Notes under the pieces: generated by a model | What the model was told of the DNA's origin: nothing | Database searches by the model: none | What the model saw: only the letters and a program-made list of their open reading frames with translations | Origin: a virus | Taxonomy: Duplodnaviria > Heunggongvirae > Uroviricota > Caudoviricetes | Length of the DNA: 16,721 nt | IMG/VR virus record: IMGVR_UViG_2617270976_000017 | Location: 1-16,721 of that record | Strand: one strand, 5' to 3' | Position numbers and translations under genes: made by a program | In this document: positions 16,031-16,721 of the stretch, one piece after another | Layout of the letters: each line of letters begins with the position of its first letter | Position numbering within the stretch: position 1 is the stretch's first letter

Positions 16031-16436
16031 GTGCTGATTGGCTATGTAAGGGTATCAACAAATGACCAGAATACAGATCTGCAACGAAACGCTCTTGTTT
16101 GTGCAGGATATGAACAAATATTTGAAGATAAATTAAGCGGAACAAGGACAGGCCGACCTGGATTAAAACGTGCTTTAAAGCGCCTTCAAAAAGGTGACGC
16201 ACTGGTTGTCTGAAAACTGGACTGACTGGTTCACTGTATGCGGCATCTTGTCGTGCTGGTGGTGGAAGCCTAGAAAAAGTATCGGGTGTTGCTGAACCGT
16301 GTTGATACATCAACTGCACCTGATATTGAGTGGCCTACGAACCCTGTCAGGGAGTAATCATTGGGATTATGCCGCAGCACGTCTTAAGCAAGAACGTGCT
16401 GCGGTTGGATGGTGAACTTTCGATAGTGCGAGTATT
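16031..16436 (+). pseudogene. pin: Pin/Gin/Cin/Hin-family serine DNA invertase, inactivated (first ~60 codons intact, then multiple in-frame stops)
   Basis: VLIGYVRVSTNDQNTDLQRNALVCAGYEQIFEDKLSGTRTGRPGLKRALKRLQKGDALVV matches the invertase N-terminus including the catalytic Ser context; TGA at 16211-16213 falls where a Trp is expected, followed by further stops while residual similarity (..MRHLVVLVVE.., ..RVDTST..) persists. 3' end approximate. Confidence 0.65.
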
Positions 16437-16472
16437 GAATGATTTCCAGCCGTTACCGATTTTACGTGTTAA

Positions 16473-16721
16473 TTAGTGAACAAACCACTCGTCAGCAGAC
16501 TCCCAGGTATCTTTCAGAGTTTCCTGAACAAAAGTTTTAGCTGAATCTTTATCGGCGGTGCGCGTAACAGAAAGGCCATCGTTGCTGGTGGCTTTTACGA
16601 TCACCTCTACATCGTCATAACGTTTACTGATGCGTCGGGTTAATTCTTCCTTTAACGCATCCACAGCACCGTTTGGCATTTTAGTGATTTTTTCTTTAGC
16701 GATACAGATCTCAACACGCAT
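16473..16721 (-). CDS. DinI-family protein (82 aa)
   Basis: [12 protein letters not shown]...[17 protein letters not shown]...LSV....[26 protein letters not shown] matches the DinI pattern as recalled (MRIEVTIAK..., ...ETWESADDWFV); start codon is the last three bases of the window. Confidence 0.8.
   Translation of the reverse strand: MRVEICIAKEKITKMPNGAVDALKEELTRRISKRYDDVEVIVKATSNDGLSVTRTADKDSAKTFVQETLKDTWESADEWFVH

Noticed and set aside
1-16721. tRNA genes, attachment sites or host flanking DNA
   Set aside because: No cloverleaf-like tRNA sequence or recognisable att core repeats were seen; the window appears to be entirely internal to the prophage, so integration-site features, if any, lie outside it.

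Overview
The whole window reads as part of a lambda-like (lambdoid) prophage of an enterobacterium, and it looks cryptic and degraded rather than functional. All homology calls are from my recall of phage lambda proteins and Gin/Pin-family sites; no database search or computation was run, and GC differences are by-eye estimates. Order on the + strand: a 3' gene fragment (1..378); an AT-rich accessory cassette of two convergent, 3'-overlapping genes (645..1265 + and 1207..2274 -); a lambda-type cos site (cosQ/cosN/cosB, 2471..2684); terminase small and large subunits (Nu1, A); head-tail joining protein W; and a portal gene B fused in frame to the last ~44 codons of tail gene L, so the head and tail-shaft genes normally between B and L are absent. 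Then come K, I, a small AT-rich lipoprotein gene inserted between I and J, a J tail-tip gene broken by an internal deletion and frameshift, lom, a long side tail fibre gene stf with a repetitive Ala/Ser-rich shaft, and tfa. The 3' part of stf, tfa and an inverted tfa'/stf' pair lie between two 26-bp inverted crossover sites (12872..12897 and 15951..15976), forming a Mu G-/e14 P-type invertible segment. Next to it is a Pin-like invertase gene that is intact for about 60 codons and then hits several stops, followed by a DinI-like gene on the minus strand. The best candidate for an undescribed system is the two-gene cassette just upstream of cos; the lipoprotein between I and J and the orphaned inversion switch are the other points worth follow-up.
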